From: Longimicrobiales bacterium | GTDB taxonomy: Bacteria; Gemmatimonadota; Gemmatimonadetes; Longimicrobiales; Gaopeijiaceae | DNA length: 64,000 bases | Reading direction: 5' to 3' | NCBI GenBank assembly: GCA_041690395.1 | Contig: JAWLHJ010000002.1 | Location: 500,751-564,750 of the forward strand | The notes under the pieces: generated by a model | What the model was told of the DNA's origin: nothing | The model's input: only the letters and a program-made list of their open reading frames with translations | Database searches by the model: none | Position numbers and translations under genes: made by a program | In this document: positions 9,842-20,416 of the stretch, one piece after another | Layout: the number at the start of each line of letters is the position of its first letter | How positions within the stretch are numbered: the stretch's first letter is position 1

Positions 9842-10141
9842 TCACTCACCGAGCCCGGACCCGAGCATCGAGCCCAGAGGACGCCCCATCGCGACGAGGA
9901 CGAAGCCCACGACCAGGAACAGGGCCGTGGGTGCCCACCAGAGGCCGAAGCCGCCCTGGGCCATATGCCCCCATCCCTCCGACATCATCTGCGCGCCGCC
10001 CATGGTCTGCCCTCCGCCCATCATGCCGCCCATGGTCCAGGGACCGACCAGGCCCACGAGCAGGACGGTGACCGCGAGGGAGAGGAAGACGACCCCCAGC
10101 CACCGAACGGCCAGTACTCCGAGCTTCTCGTAGCGGGTCAT
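9842..10141 (-). CDS. Small two-TM membrane protein with a Met/Gly-rich loop
   Basis: Strong RBS GAGGAGG; two hydrophobic segments flank MGGMMGGGQTMGGAQMMSEGWGHM. Confidence 0.75.
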   Translation of the reverse strand: MTRYEKLGVLAVRWLGVVFLSLAVTVLLVGLVGPWTMGGMMGGGQTMGGAQMMSEGWGHMAQGGFGLWWAPTALFLVVGFVLVAMGRPLGSMLGSGLGE

Positions 10142-10206
10142 GGGTCCTCCTCGATTCGAGGGGAGATCAGCGTACCTCGTGCTGAATCAACCTATCCGTC
10201 GAAGCG

Positions 10207-10243
10207 TGAAGCGTTCGTGAGACGGAGATGAAAAGACCTTCAT
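10207..10243 (-). promoter_or_regulatory. Putative response-regulator site: perfect ATGAA-N6-TTCAT (10228-10243) plus 11-bp-phased half sites
   Basis: TGAA/TGAG at 10207, 10218 and 10229; -10-like TAGGTT further downstream on the minus strand. Confidence 0.65.
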
Positions 10244-10268
10244 GTCCGGCGGCTCGGCCGCCCACGCC

Positions 10269-11678
10269 TCACTCGCCGGATACGCGCGGAAAGACGGCCA
10301 CCAACCTGGCGCCGCCCTCCGGTCTGTTCTCGGCCTCGATCCCCCCTCCGTGGGCGTCGACCACCGCCTTCACGATGGAGAGTCCGAGCCCGGTCCCCTC
10401 CTGATGCGCTCGCACCGGGTCCGCGCGAAAGAAACGGTCGAACACACGGTCGTCCACGCCGTCGGGGAATCCCGGCCCCTCATCCTCCACCGTCAGCCGT
10501 ACCTCCGACGGCCCCCCGGTGACCCCGATCCGGACGCGCGCCCCTCGCGACGAGTAGTCCAGCGCGTTCTCCAGGAGATTCCACACCACCTGCCCGAAGA
10601 GGACCGGATCGACCTCGGCGGTCACGTCGCCATCGATGTCGAGCTCCACGACCACGCGCGCGGCGTCCGCCTTGCGCGCCAGCTTGGTCACCACGCTGCG
10701 CGTCGCCTCTCCGAGATCGACGGCCTCGGGACGACCGCGGAGCACGCCGGCGTCCGACCGGGCCAGGATCATCAGGTCCTCCGCGACCCTCCCCAGGCGC
10801 ACGGCCTCCTCGAGGGTGCTCTCCAGAACGCGCCGGTACTCCTCCGGCGCCCGCTCCCGGCGGAGCGCGATCTCGAGCTCACCCCGCATGGCGGTCAAGG
10901 GCGACCTCAGCTCGTGGCTGGCATCGGCGGTGAAGCGCCGCTGGGCCTCGAAGGCGCCCTGGATCCGGGTCAGCATCGTGTTGAGCACGTCCACGAGACG
11001 CCGGTACTCTTTCAGGTCCGCATACGCATGGATTCGGCGGTCGAGCGACCCTGCCCGGATCTCTTCGGCCTGGTCGATCACCTCGTGGACCGGACGCATG
11101 GCCCGCCCCGCCAACCACCACGCACCCGCGTAGGTCAGCCCGGCCCCCAGAAGCGCCAGCGCGGCGAGGAAGAGGGACGCGCGCACCACCAGCTGGTCCC
11201 GGTTGCCGAGCGGGGCCGCCACCTGGAGGACGTGCCGCTCATGAGCCATCCCGAACCGGTCGAGCGGGTAATAGAGGATGCGGACGTGCGTCCCCTCGAA
11301 GTCGCCGTCCGTCCATACGAGCTCGCCGTCGGCCGACCGACCGAGCGCCGCCGTGTCGAGGGGGAGATCGCTCGTCATGTAGCGACTCCGAAGCAGGCTC
11401 AAGCCATCCGCGCGCCAGATCTGCGCGTACTGGATGAGGTCGCTCAGCGCGCCGGCCTCTTCCGGCGTCAACTCCCATTCATGGAAGTGCATGGCGCCGG
11501 ACGGCTCGTCGGTGACGGAAGCGGCCTGGATCGATGCGACATTCAGCACCGAGGCGTCGATTCTGCGGTCGAGCAGCGCCTTGAGGGTGAGCACGCTCAC
11601 CACGGAGATCGAGACCAGCGCCCCGGCCATCACGAGCGTCGCGCGCATGGCGAGCTGCGACCGGAAGGAGCGCGTCAC
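10269..11678 (-). CDS. Heavy-metal sensor histidine kinase (CusS-like)
   Basis: Two TM segments, HAMP, H-box FTADASHELRSPL, NLLENA, DEGPG, GTGLGLSIV; periplasmic MHFHEW and MAHERH. Confidence 0.92.
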   Translation of the reverse strand: MTRSFRSQLAMRATLVMAGALVSISVVSVLTLKALLDRRIDASVLNVASIQAASVTDEPSGAMHFHEWELTPEEAGALSDLIQYAQIWRADGLSLLRSRYMTSDLPLDTAALGRSADGELVWTDGDFEGTHVRILYYPLDRFGMAHERHVLQVAAPLGNRDQLVVRASLFLAALALLGAGLTYAGAWWLAGRAMRPVHEVIDQAEEIRAGSLDRRIHAYADLKEYRRLVDVLNTMLTRIQGAFEAQRRFTADASHELRSPLTAMRGELEIALRRERAPEEYRRVLESTLEEAVRLGRVAEDLMILARSDAGVLRGRPEAVDLGEATRSVVTKLARKADAARVVVELDIDGDVTAEVDPVLFGQVVWNLLENALDYSSRGARVRIGVTGGPSEVRLTVEDEGPGFPDGVDDRVFDRFFRADPVRAHQEGTGLGLSIVKAVVDAHGGGIEAENRPEGGARLVAVFPRVSGE

Positions 11679-12358
11679 TCCGACTCTCCCTCCTCGCGGA
11701 GGATGTACCCGACGCCCCGCACCGTGTGGAGCAGCGGATCCGCCGCGGGCTTCCGGAGCTTCCTCCGCAGATGGCCGACGTGTACGTCGACCACGTTGCT
11801 CATCGGATCGAACGTGAGGTCCCAGACCTTCTCCAGCAGCTCGGTTCGGCGGACCACGCGCTCCGGATTCAGCATGAAGTACTCGAGGAGCCGGAACTCC
11901 TTGGGCGTCAGATCGAGCTTCACACCGGCCCGAAACGCCTCGTGCTTCACGCGATCGAACTCGATGTCGGCATAGATCAGTCGATCGGGCCGGGTCCCGC
12001 CGCCCCGCCGGAGCAGCGCCCGCACGCGGGCCAGGAGCTCGTCGAAGCCGAACGGCTTCGTGAGATAGTCGTCCGCGCCCGCGTCGAGGCCCATGACGAC
12101 ATCGTCCTCCGCGTCTCGCGCGGTAAGCATGAGGACCGGCGTCGCGTTGTCGCGTGCTCTGACGTCCCGCACGATCTCGAGCCCCGAGGCGCCCGGGAGC
12201 ATGACGTCGAGCAGGAGCAGATCGTAGTCGTGCACGTGGGCCTGGATGCGCCCCGCCTCGCCGTCGTGCGCGACGTCGACGGTGTACCCTTCCTCCCGGA
12301 GGCCCCGCTCGAGGAAGCTCGCGACCTTCCGGTCGTCCTCCACCACCAGGATGCGCAC
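11675..12358 (-). CDS. OmpR-family heavy-metal response regulator (CusR-like)
   Basis: ILVVEDD, LLDVMLPG, GADDYLTKPF, SNVVDVHV, TVRGVGY. Confidence 0.95.
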   Translation of the reverse strand: MRILVVEDDRKVASFLERGLREEGYTVDVAHDGEAGRIQAHVHDYDLLLLDVMLPGASGLEIVRDVRARDNATPVLMLTARDAEDDVVMGLDAGADDYLTKPFGFDELLARVRALLRRGGGTRPDRLIYADIEFDRVKHEAFRAGVKLDLTPKEFRLLEYFMLNPERVVRRTELLEKVWDLTFDPMSNVVDVHVGHLRRKLRKPAADPLLHTVRGVGYILREEGESE

Positions 12359-12363
12359 CGCGC

Positions 12364-12936
12364 TCAGGCCCTGTGCTCGGCCCGGTCCCAGGCGGCCTGG
12401 AGGTGGTCCTGGAGATCGGCCACGGCGTCGGCTGCGATCTCGTCGAGCCGGCCCGTCATGGTCCGACCGAGCAGCCCCTGCAGGAACTCGAGGGACGCGT
12501 CGAGATCCCAGTCAAGGAACGGCTCCGGCCCGGACTCGAGGTTCTCGAGCGTGCGCAGCACCAGGTAGGCGTCGTCGAGAAGTCCGGGCAGGCCGTGCGT
12601 CATCTCCGGAAGGAGATCGATGGGCACCAGGAAGTAGCGCTCGGCCCGCTCGATGAGCGGCAGGACCACCTCGGCCATCCCCCGGTCCTCGGCCTCCCGG
12701 TGGGCGCTGGCCAGCATGAGCGGGATCGCGTCGATGATCTCGAGCGCGACCGACGCCACGTCCGCGACCTTCTCCGGATCTCCGTCCTCGGCTCCCGGAA
12801 GCGTCCTCGAGACATAGTCGCGAAGCGAGTCGACGCCACCCCTCGCCTTCGCGCTCTGGATGACGGCGGCCACGTCCTCGGCGGCCCCGCCACCGAGGTC
12901 CACCTCCGGGTCTCCGGTCGGCTCGTCGGCGGCCAC
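12364..12936 (-). CDS. YkvA/DUF1232-like protein
   Basis: YFLVPIDLLPE...GLLDDAYLV resembles the DUF1232 signature; tightly packed between neighbours. Confidence 0.65.
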   Translation of the reverse strand: MAADEPTGDPEVDLGGGAAEDVAAVIQSAKARGGVDSLRDYVSRTLPGAEDGDPEKVADVASVALEIIDAIPLMLASAHREAEDRGMAEVVLPLIERAERYFLVPIDLLPEMTHGLPGLLDDAYLVLRTLENLESGPEPFLDWDLDASLEFLQGLLGRTMTGRLDEIAADAVADLQDHLQAAWDRAEHRA

Positions 12937-12937
12937 G

Positions 12938-14689
12938 TCAGCTCCCTTCGGCCGCGCGCTCGTACACGATCTCGCCGCCCACGATGGTCATCTCCACCTC
13001 GGTCTCGGGAATACGCGTCTCGTCGACCGACAGGATGTCCTGAGACAGGATCACGATGTCGGCGAGCTTGCCGGGCGTCAGCGAGCCCTTGATCCCTTCC
13101 TCGAACGCGCCGTAAGCGGCGTTGACCGTGTACGTCTCGAGCGCCTCCATGCGGTCGAGCCGCTGGTCCGGGGTGAAGCGTTCGCCGTCCGCCATGCGTC
13201 GCGACACCGTCGAGTAATAGCTCGCGATCGGGCTGACGTCCTCGACCGGCGCATCCGTGCCGTTCATGACGACCGCCCCGGAATCCCAGAGCGAGCGCCA
13301 GACATAGGCGCCCTCTTCGGTCCGCTGCTCGCCGAGCTTCGGCTCCACCCACGGTCCGTCGGATGTCGCATGGATGCCCTGCATGGACGCGATGACTCCG
13401 AGCGCACCGAAGCGTGGGATATCCGCCGGATGGAGATGCTGCGCGTGCTCTACGCGCCAGCGCAGGTCCTCGCTGTCGCCCGCGTCATACGCGCTCTCGA
13501 AGATGTCGAGGGTCTCCCGGTTCCCCCGGTCGCCGATGGCGTGGACGTTCAGCTGGTAATCGTGCTCCAGCGCCAGGCGGGCCTTCTCGCGGATCTCCTC
13601 GGGAGGCGCGGTGTTCAGCCCCGTGCTGCTCGGCAGGTCGTCGTACGGCTCGAGCAGCCACGCGCCGTGCGACCCCAGCGCGCCGTCGATGGACACCTTG
13701 AGCGACCGGACGGTCAGCCGATCGTCTCCGTACCCGACCACGCGGTAGTCGGCCATGTTCTCGGCGAGCTCCTCGTTGTCCGCGCGGATCATGCCGTAGA
13801 GCCGGATCTTCAGGCTGCCGTCGTCGACCATCGACTTCCAGAGATCGATCGTCCCGAAGCCGGAGCCCGCGTCCTGGAACGACGTGATCCCGTTCCGGAA
13901 CGCCTCGTCCTGCGCGAGCAGCGCCACGCGCCTGGGGTCGGGCGGCGGCGTCCCCTCCCGGGCCGGCGCGAGCAGCCCCGCGGCGGTCTCCCGAAATGCG
14001 CCGGTCGGCTCGCCGTCCGGTCCCCGCAAGATCTCCCCGCCTTCGGGGTTCCCGGTCGCGCGGTCGATGCGGGCCAGCCTCATCGCGTGCTCGTTGGCGA
14101 ACGACGCATGGCCGCTGGCGTGCACGAGAATGACCGGGTTGTCGGGGGATACCTTGCTGAGCGCAGCGTGATACGGGAGCCCATCCACGTTCGGCTGCGG
14201 CCTGGCCGTCCATTTCTCCTGGTGCCACCCACGGCCGGCGATGAGCTCGCCGGGCTGGGCTTCGGCCACCGCGTCGGCCACGAGCCCGACGATCTCGTCC
14301 CAGCTCGTCGCCTCGGTCAGGTCGAGCTCGAGCGTGCCCGCGCCGAGCCGCATGTAGTGGGCGTGTCCCTCGATGAAGCCCGGGTAGGCGGCACGTCCCT
14401 CGAGGTCGACGACCCGCGTCTCCGAGCCGATCCACCCCTCGATCTCGTCGGCGGACCCGATCGCCGCGATCCGGCCGTCGCGAACCGCGAGGGCCTCGGC
14501 CTCCGGCAGGGCCTCGTCGACGGTCACGATCGTACCGCCCGTGAGGACGAGGTCGGCGACCTGCTCCTGGTTGGGGCCGCACGCGGCCGATGCGAGCCCG
14601 ATCACGGAGATCCCCGCGAGGCGTCGGGCGGTGGTCCACACGGAGGTCGTCGCGGGCGAGGGGAGCTTCAGGTTGCTCGTCTGACTCAT
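12938..14689 (-). CDS. Amidohydrolase family 3 (YtcJ-like), probable lipoprotein
   Basis: PGFIEGHAH, DGALGSHGA, HAIGDRG, RVEHAQ, GTDAPV, GKLADIVIL; lipobox ASAAC. Start chosen at MSQTS is uncertain. Confidence 0.88.
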   Translation of the reverse strand: MSQTSNLKLPSPATTSVWTTARRLAGISVIGLASAACGPNQEQVADLVLTGGTIVTVDEALPEAEALAVRDGRIAAIGSADEIEGWIGSETRVVDLEGRAAYPGFIEGHAHYMRLGAGTLELDLTEATSWDEIVGLVADAVAEAQPGELIAGRGWHQEKWTARPQPNVDGLPYHAALSKVSPDNPVILVHASGHASFANEHAMRLARIDRATGNPEGGEILRGPDGEPTGAFRETAAGLLAPAREGTPPPDPRRVALLAQDEAFRNGITSFQDAGSGFGTIDLWKSMVDDGSLKIRLYGMIRADNEELAENMADYRVVGYGDDRLTVRSLKVSIDGALGSHGAWLLEPYDDLPSSTGLNTAPPEEIREKARLALEHDYQLNVHAIGDRGNRETLDIFESAYDAGDSEDLRWRVEHAQHLHPADIPRFGALGVIASMQGIHATSDGPWVEPKLGEQRTEEGAYVWRSLWDSGAVVMNGTDAPVEDVSPIASYYSTVSRRMADGERFTPDQRLDRMEALETYTVNAAYGAFEEGIKGSLTPGKLADIVILSQDILSVDETRIPETEVEMTIVGGEIVYERAAEGS

Positions 14690-14834
14690 GGAGATGGACA
14701 TGCTGGAGGAATGGACGACGGACCAGGGTTCACCCGGTGGACCAAGGATGGGCCGCGCGACGACGCGAGACCAGCCCATGGTGCCACGGACCACCGCCAT
14801 GTGGGCGCTCCGAACCACCAACGCACACCCGCCG

Positions 14835-17144
14835 TCAAATGCGTGCGTTCCGCAGCCGGAGGCTGTTGAGCACGACCGTGATCGAGCTGAGCGCCATCGC
14901 GAACGCGGCCAGGATCGGATGGAGCGAGCGTAGCATGCTCGGCATGAAGGTGAGCCCGTACAGGGCCCCCGCGGCGACCGGAATCAGCGCGACGTTGTAG
15001 AAGAACGCCCAGAAGAGGTTCTGCTCGATGGAGCGCATCGTCGCGCGGCTGAGCGCGAGCGCTTCCGGAACCGAGCGGAGATCGCCACGCATGAGCGTGA
15101 GATCGGCCGTCTCCATGGCCACGTCGGTACCCGTCCCGAGCGCGATCCCGACGTCGGCCCTCGCGAGCGCCGGCGCGTCGTTGATCCCGTCGCCGACCAT
15201 GGCCACCCTTCCCTCGGACTCGTCGCTCAGCCTGGCCACTTCCGCGGCCTTCCAGTCGGGGAGCACCTCCGCGATGACCTCGTCGATGCCCACCTCTTCG
15301 GCGATACGGGCTGCCACGGCGCGCTGGTCCCCCGTCAACATGATCACCCGCAGGCCTCGCTCCTTCAGCTGGGCGACCGCCTCCGCCGAACCCTCTTTGA
15401 CCGCGTCGGCCACCGCGATCAGGCCGACCGCGGTGCCGTCGACCGCCACCCAGATGGGCGTCGCGGCGCCGGCCGCGACGCGGTCGGCCTCGGTCGCCAG
15501 GGCGTCCGACGCGACCTCATGCTCCGCGAGGTAGGCGCGGGTACCGACCAGCACACGCCGGCCGTCCACCACGGCTTCGACCCCCCGCCCGGGAATCGCC
15601 TCGAACTCCGCCGGCTCGGTGAGCGCGATGCCTCGCGCTCGGGCAGCCCGGACGATCGACTCTCCCAGCGGGTGCTCGCTCCGGAGCTCCGCGGAGCCCG
15701 CGAGCGAGAGGACCGACTCGAGGTCCTCGGCGACGACCTCGCGCACGGTCGGCTCGCCGGTGGTGATGGTACCGGTCTTGTCGAGCACGACCACCCTGAC
15801 ATCCCGCGCCCGCTGGAGAGCCTCCGAGTTGCGGAAGAGGATCCCCATGCGCGCCGCCCGCCCCGTCCCGACCATGACCGCCGTGGGCGTGGCCAGGCCC
15901 AGCGCGCACGGACAGGCGATGACCAGAACCGCGACCAGCCGGAGGAGCGCCGGCGTCGCGCCCGCGCCGACCCACAGCCACCAGACGAGGAACGTCCCCA
16001 CGGCGATGACGATGACGATCGGCACGAACACCGCGGAGATCCTGTCCGCGAGCTGCTGGATGGGCGCCTTGCTCGCCTGGGCCTGCCGGACCAGGCGGAT
16101 GACCTGCGCCAGCGCCGTGTCCGCACCCACGCGCCGTGCTTCGAAGCGGAAGGAACCGCTCTTGTTGATCGTGGCTCCGACCACTTCGTCGCCGGGGGCC
16201 TTCTCGACCGGCATGCTCTCGCCGGTCAGCATGCTCTCGTCGACCGTCGACCGACCGTCGAGCACCACTCCGTCGACCGGAACCCGCTCGCCGGGCCGGA
16301 CCACCAGCACGTCGCCGACGACGACCTCCGCGAGCGGTACGTCGCGCTCCTCGCCGTCGCGGACGACCCGGGCGGTGGCCGGGGTCAGGTCCATGAGCTC
16401 ACGGATCGCCCGGCTGGTCTCGCCCTTGGCTCTTACCTCGAGCAGCTTCCCGAGCTTGATGAGCGTGATGATCAGCGCCGCGGTCTCGAAGTAGACGTGC
16501 GTGCCGAGCTGGGTGCTCCCCATGGTCAGGGCGACCGTGACGACGACCGAGTACACGTACGCCACGGTCGAGCCCAGCGCCACGAGCACGTCCATGTTGG
16601 CCGCGCCGTTCCGGAGGGACTTCCACGCCCCTTCGTAGAACCCCCATCCGACATAGAACTGGACGGGGGTCGCGAGCGCGAACATGAGCCAGTTGACCCA
16701 CGGCTCGTGGGCCCACATGCCGACGAGTCCGAAGTCGCGCGCCATGCTCAGCACGAAGAGCGGGAGGGCGAACGCCACGCCCACGGCGAACGCCCGGCGT
16801 TGGACGGTGACCTCGTCCGCCCGGGCACTCGCCTCCGCGGCCTCGAGCCCTGCCTCCTCGACCAGGATGGCGCCGTAGCCGGCCCCCTCCACCGCGCGGA
16901 CGAGGGCGTCCGGGTCGACTGCGCGCGGATCGAAACGGACGGTAGCCCGCTCGGACGCGTACGACACGGACGCGTCGGTGACCCCCGCGGTCTTGCGCAG
17001 CGTACGCTCCACCGTGCCCGCGCAATTCGCGCACGTCATCCCCGTGATGGGGAGGACGAGGTCCCTGGTGTCACCACCCGGTGCATCGAGCCCGGACGAC
17101 GCCTCGGCGGTCCCGGGACCGCCCTTTGCCTGGATCTCACTCAT
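14835..17144 (-). CDS. copA: Cu(I)-translocating P1B-type ATPase
   Basis: GMTCANC metal-binding domain, [31 protein letters not shown] and MALSS. Confidence 0.96.
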   Translation of the reverse strand: MSEIQAKGGPGTAEASSGLDAPGGDTRDLVLPITGMTCANCAGTVERTLRKTAGVTDASVSYASERATVRFDPRAVDPDALVRAVEGAGYGAILVEEAGLEAAEASARADEVTVQRRAFAVGVAFALPLFVLSMARDFGLVGMWAHEPWVNWLMFALATPVQFYVGWGFYEGAWKSLRNGAANMDVLVALGSTVAYVYSVVVTVALTMGSTQLGTHVYFETAALIITLIKLGKLLEVRAKGETSRAIRELMDLTPATARVVRDGEERDVPLAEVVVGDVLVVRPGERVPVDGVVLDGRSTVDESMLTGESMPVEKAPGDEVVGATINKSGSFRFEARRVGADTALAQVIRLVRQAQASKAPIQQLADRISAVFVPIVIVIAVGTFLVWWLWVGAGATPALLRLVAVLVIACPCALGLATPTAVMVGTGRAARMGILFRNSEALQRARDVRVVVLDKTGTITTGEPTVREVVAEDLESVLSLAGSAELRSEHPLGESIVRAARARGIALTEPAEFEAIPGRGVEAVVDGRRVLVGTRAYLAEHEVASDALATEADRVAAGAATPIWVAVDGTAVGLIAVADAVKEGSAEAVAQLKERGLRVIMLTGDQRAVAARIAEEVGIDEVIAEVLPDWKAAEVARLSDESEGRVAMVGDGINDAPALARADVGIALGTGTDVAMETADLTLMRGDLRSVPEALALSRATMRSIEQNLFWAFFYNVALIPVAAGALYGLTFMPSMLRSLHPILAAFAMALSSITVVLNSLRLRNARI

Positions 17145-17160
17145 GGGTGTGCGCCTGCCC

Positions 17161-17385
17161 TCAGGCGTCCCCTGCGGGCGGATAGGCGATCTCCTTCATC
17201 TTCTCCTCGATGACGACCCAGTCGGACGTCTCGGGATCCCAGCTCACGGTCACCTTGCGGGTCGTCGCGTCCCCCTCGACGGACCGCACGCCCGGAACCT
17301 CCGACACTTCCCGCTGGATGGTGGAAACGCAGTGTCCGCAGCTGATGTTCGGCACGCTGACGGTCTTGCTCTGTTGCTCGGACAT
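17161..17385 (-). CDS. copZ: Copper chaperone (HMA domain)
   Basis: 74 aa with ISCGHC; lies between csoR and the ATPase. Confidence 0.9.
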   Translation of the reverse strand: MSEQQSKTVSVPNISCGHCVSTIQREVSEVPGVRSVEGDATTRKVTVSWDPETSDWVVIEEKMKEIAYPPAGDA

Positions 17386-17446
17386 GTCTCGATACTCCTC
17401 TGTTGGTTGGTCTCGTCGTCCGCCCGTGAGGGGCGGCCGGGGCGCC

Positions 17447-17725
17447 TCAGGATCGTCCGGAGGCCTCGAAGACGTCCATGAGCTCGCTCAGCACGCGCTC
17501 ACGCTCTTTCACGTCGTCACCCTGGATGGCGCTGGTGACGCACGAGTGCAGATGTCCGTCCAGCACCTTGGAGCTCACCTTCTTCAGAGCCCGCTGGATC
17601 GCGACGATCTGATTCACCACGTCGATGCAGTACGCACCGTCCTCGACCATGCGCTGCACACCCCGAACGTGTCCCTCCACGCTCTTCAGGCGACGCACGA
17701 TGTCTTCCGTGGCCTTCCCGTCCAT
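17447..17725 (-). CDS. csoR: CsoR-family copper-sensing repressor
   Basis: RLKSVEGHVRGVQRM, YCIDV, HLHSC (Cys-His-Cys ligands). Confidence 0.92.
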   Translation of the reverse strand: MDGKATEDIVRRLKSVEGHVRGVQRMVEDGAYCIDVVNQIVAIQRALKKVSSKVLDGHLHSCVTSAIQGDDVKERERVLSELMDVFEASGRS

Positions 17726-17756
17726 CCGTACCGCTCCTCGTCTGGATGACTACCCC

Positions 17757-17776
17757 TACCCCCCTGGGGGGGGGTG
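17757..17776. promoter_or_regulatory. CsoR-type operator TACCCCCCTGGGGGGGGGTG
   Basis: C-tract/G-tract pseudo-palindrome about 30 nt upstream of csoR, the architecture known for CsoR operators. Confidence 0.8.
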
Positions 17777-17956
17777 CCTCAAAAGTCTACAAGCTCGGCT
17801 CTCGTGCGTAAAGGGGCCCACCGAGCCCCCGGATCGCGGACCCGCCCCGCGGCTGCGGGGTTCACAGACGTCGAGCTGCCGCCCTCTACGTGGTAGGAGA
17901 CCGGCAGGCCGCACCGCGCGGGTGCGGGCACGACCCGATGCAGACAGGACCCGAGC

Positions 17957-18607
17957 ATGGCAGAGAAATCGACCGACACCGCCGCGGAGCCGCTCACTGG
18001 ATCCGGCAGCGCGTCTTTGGACGCCCGGGCCGGCACCGACCCGATCGAGCTGTTCGGGAGCTGGTTCGAGGCGGCCCGGACGGCGGGCATCGAGCTGCCC
18101 GAAGCGGTCGCACTCGGCACGTCCACGCCGGACGGCGTTCCCTCGGTGCGCATGGTCCTGTTGAAGGGTTTCGACGACCGGGGCTTCACCTTCTTCACCA
18201 ATTACGAGAGCCGTAAGGCGGGCGAGCTGGACGCCAATCCGCGCGCCGCGCTCTGCTTCCACTGGAAGGAGCTCGATCGTCAGGTCCGGGTGACGGGCGC
18301 GGTGCGCCGCGTCTCGGAGGACGAGAGCCGCGAGTACTTCATCACCCGACCCGAAGGGAGCCGCCTCGGGGCCTGGGCCTCGAAGCAGAGTCGCCCGCTC
18401 GCGTCGCGAACCGAGCTGGAGGGCGCGGTCGAAGCCGTGCGGCGGCGTTTCGCGGACGGCGACATCCCACTGCCTCCCTTCTGGGGCGGCTACCGGCTGG
18501 TACCGGACCGTATCGAATTCTGGCAGGGACGCTCCGACCGACTGCACGACCGGATCGCCTTCGACCGAACCGACGACGGCTGGACCACGGTGCGGCTGTA
18601 CCCGTAG
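17957..18607 (+). CDS. pdxH: Pyridoxamine 5'-phosphate oxidase
   Basis: RMVLLKG, FFTNYESRK, GAWASKQS, EFWQGRSDRLHDR, RLYP. Confidence 0.96.
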   Translation: MAEKSTDTAAEPLTGSGSASLDARAGTDPIELFGSWFEAARTAGIELPEAVALGTSTPDGVPSVRMVLLKGFDDRGFTFFTNYESRKAGELDANPRAALCFHWKELDRQVRVTGAVRRVSEDESREYFITRPEGSRLGAWASKQSRPLASRTELEGAVEAVRRRFADGDIPLPPFWGGYRLVPDRIEFWQGRSDRLHDRIAFDRTDDGWTTVRLYP

Positions 18608-18718
18608 GGTAGCCGAAGCGGCCTCCACGCCGTATGCTGGCGCCATGCTCGCATTCCAACGGGTGTTCACGCCAGCTCGCGACGGACGCGCGATCGACCC
18701 TCCGGTCCCGGTGTCACG

Positions 18719-20416
18719 TTGACTCCGGGCGTCGCCGCAGCCCTCGCGCTCTTCCCCATCGCGCTCGCCGCGGTGCTCCTCGTCGGCTTCCGCGTACCGG
18801 CGAAGCACGCCATGCCGGCGGCGTACCTGGGGACCCTCCTGGTCGCGTTCGGTGCGTGGCGCATGTCACCCGCCCGCGTGGCGGCAGCGTCGATCCAGGG
18901 ACTCTTCCTGACGTTCGACCTGCTGTTCATCATCTTCGGAGCGATCCTCCTCCTGCACACCCTCGAGCGCTCCGGGGGCGTCGGCGCCATCCGGCGGTCG
19001 TTCGACGGCGTCAGCACGGACCGTCGCGTCCAGGTCGTGATCGTCGCCTGGCTCTTCGGGTCGTTCATCGAAGGGGCGGCCGGCTTCGGGACTCCGGCCG
19101 CGGTGGTCGCGCCCCTGCTGGTGGCGCTGGGCTTCCCGGCGGCCGCGGCGGTCATGCTCGGGATGATGGTTCAGAGCACCGCCGTGACGTTCGGCGCGGT
19201 GGGAACCCCGGTCCTGGTGGGGGTCCAGGGCGGGCTCGGCGGGGCCGAGTTCGACAGCTACCTCGCGGCGGCCGGACTCGGGATGATGGACTACCTCCGC
19301 CTCGTGACGGCGCAGGTCGTCGTGTTCCACGCGATCGCCGGTGTGCTCATGCCCACCTGGATGGTCGTGATGCTGACCCGCTTCTTCGGCGCGAAGCGCT
19401 CGTGGACCGAAGGGCTGTCCATCGTCCCGTTCGCCCTCTTCGGCGGCCTCGCGTTCACGGTCCCCTACGTCCTGTTCGGCACGTTCCTGGGCCCCGAGTT
19501 CCCGTCGCTTCTCGGTGCGCCGGTGGGCCTCCTGATCGTGGTCACCGTGGCGCGCCGCGGATGGCTGCTTCCCCGTGACCACTGGGACTTCCCGCCGCGT
19601 GGCGACTGGCTGCCGGAGTGGGTGAGCGGGCTCGAGGGGCGCGACACCGGCGCCCCGGACGGCGAAGACATGTCGGGCCCGCGCGCCTGGGCACCCTACG
19701 CGCTCCTGGGTCTCCTGCTCGTGCTGACCCGACTCCCGTCCCTTCCCGTGGGCGGCTGGTTGCGGTCGCTCGCGCTGTCCTGGAATGGGATCCTCGGCAC
19801 CGAGATCAGCGCGTCGACGACGCCCCTGTACCTTCCGGGCTTCGTTCTCATCGTCGTGGTGGGGCTGACCGCGGTGCTGCACGGGATGCCGAAGGGCGCG
19901 CTCCGCTCGGCGGTCGGCTCGTCCTCGAGGGTGCTGGTCGGAGCCGGGTTCGTCCTCGTCTTCACGGTTCCGATGGTCCGCGTCTACATCAACTCCGACG
20001 TGAACGGTGCTGGCCAGCTCGCCATGCCTCTTGCGATGGCCGAGTGGGTGGCGGGCAACGTCGGGTCGGTGTGGCCGTTCTTCGCCGGTGTCACGGGCGC
20101 GTTGGGCGCGTTCATCGCGGGCTCGAACACCGTCAGCAACCTGATGTTCTCGGCCTTCCAGTTCGGCATCGCCGAGCGCCTGGCCATGTCGACCGTGACG
20201 ATCGTCGCGCTCCAGGCGGTCGGAGCCGCCGCGGGCAACATGATCGCGATCCACAACGTGGTCGCCGCGTCCGCGACCGTCGGGCTGCTCGGGCGCGAGG
20301 GCTCGACCCTCCGCCGAACCGTGCTGCCCACGATCTACTACCTGCTCGTGCTGGGCATCCTGGGGCTCATCGCCGTGCACGTGATCGGCACGACCGACCC
20401 GCTGACCGGCGGCTGA
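18719..20416 (+). CDS. lctP: L-lactate permease
   Basis: Polytopic; [44 protein letters not shown]. Confidence 0.92.
   Translation: MTPGVAAALALFPIALAAVLLVGFRVPAKHAMPAAYLGTLLVAFGAWRMSPARVAAASIQGLFLTFDLLFIIFGAILLLHTLERSGGVGAIRRSFDGVSTDRRVQVVIVAWLFGSFIEGAAGFGTPAAVVAPLLVALGFPAAAAVMLGMMVQSTAVTFGAVGTPVLVGVQGGLGGAEFDSYLAAAGLGMMDYLRLVTAQVVVFHAIAGVLMPTWMVVMLTRFFGAKRSWTEGLSIVPFALFGGLAFTVPYVLFGTFLGPEFPSLLGAPVGLLIVVTVARRGWLLPRDHWDFPPRGDWLPEWVSGLEGRDTGAPDGEDMSGPRAWAPYALLGLLLVLTRLPSLPVGGWLRSLALSWNGILGTEISASTTPLYLPGFVLIVVVGLTAVLHGMPKGALRSAVGSSSRVLVGAGFVLVFTVPMVRVYINSDVNGAGQLAMPLAMAEWVAGNVGSVWPFFAGVTGALGAFIAGSNTVSNLMFSAFQFGIAERLAMSTVTIVALQAVGAAAGNMIAIHNVVAASATVGLLGREGSTLRRTVLPTIYYLLVLGILGLIAVHVIGTTDPLTGG

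Noticed and set aside
804..17213. Long plus-strand ORFs (804-2897, 4198-7440, 10242-11975, 12860-14869, 15519-17213)
   Set aside because: Antisense shadows of clear genes, expected from high-GC codon bias; no motifs.
1..17776. Copper region as a mobile genomic island
   Set aside because: No integrase, transposase, tRNA or flanking repeats seen, and composition looks like the rest of the window. The left boundary is outside the window.
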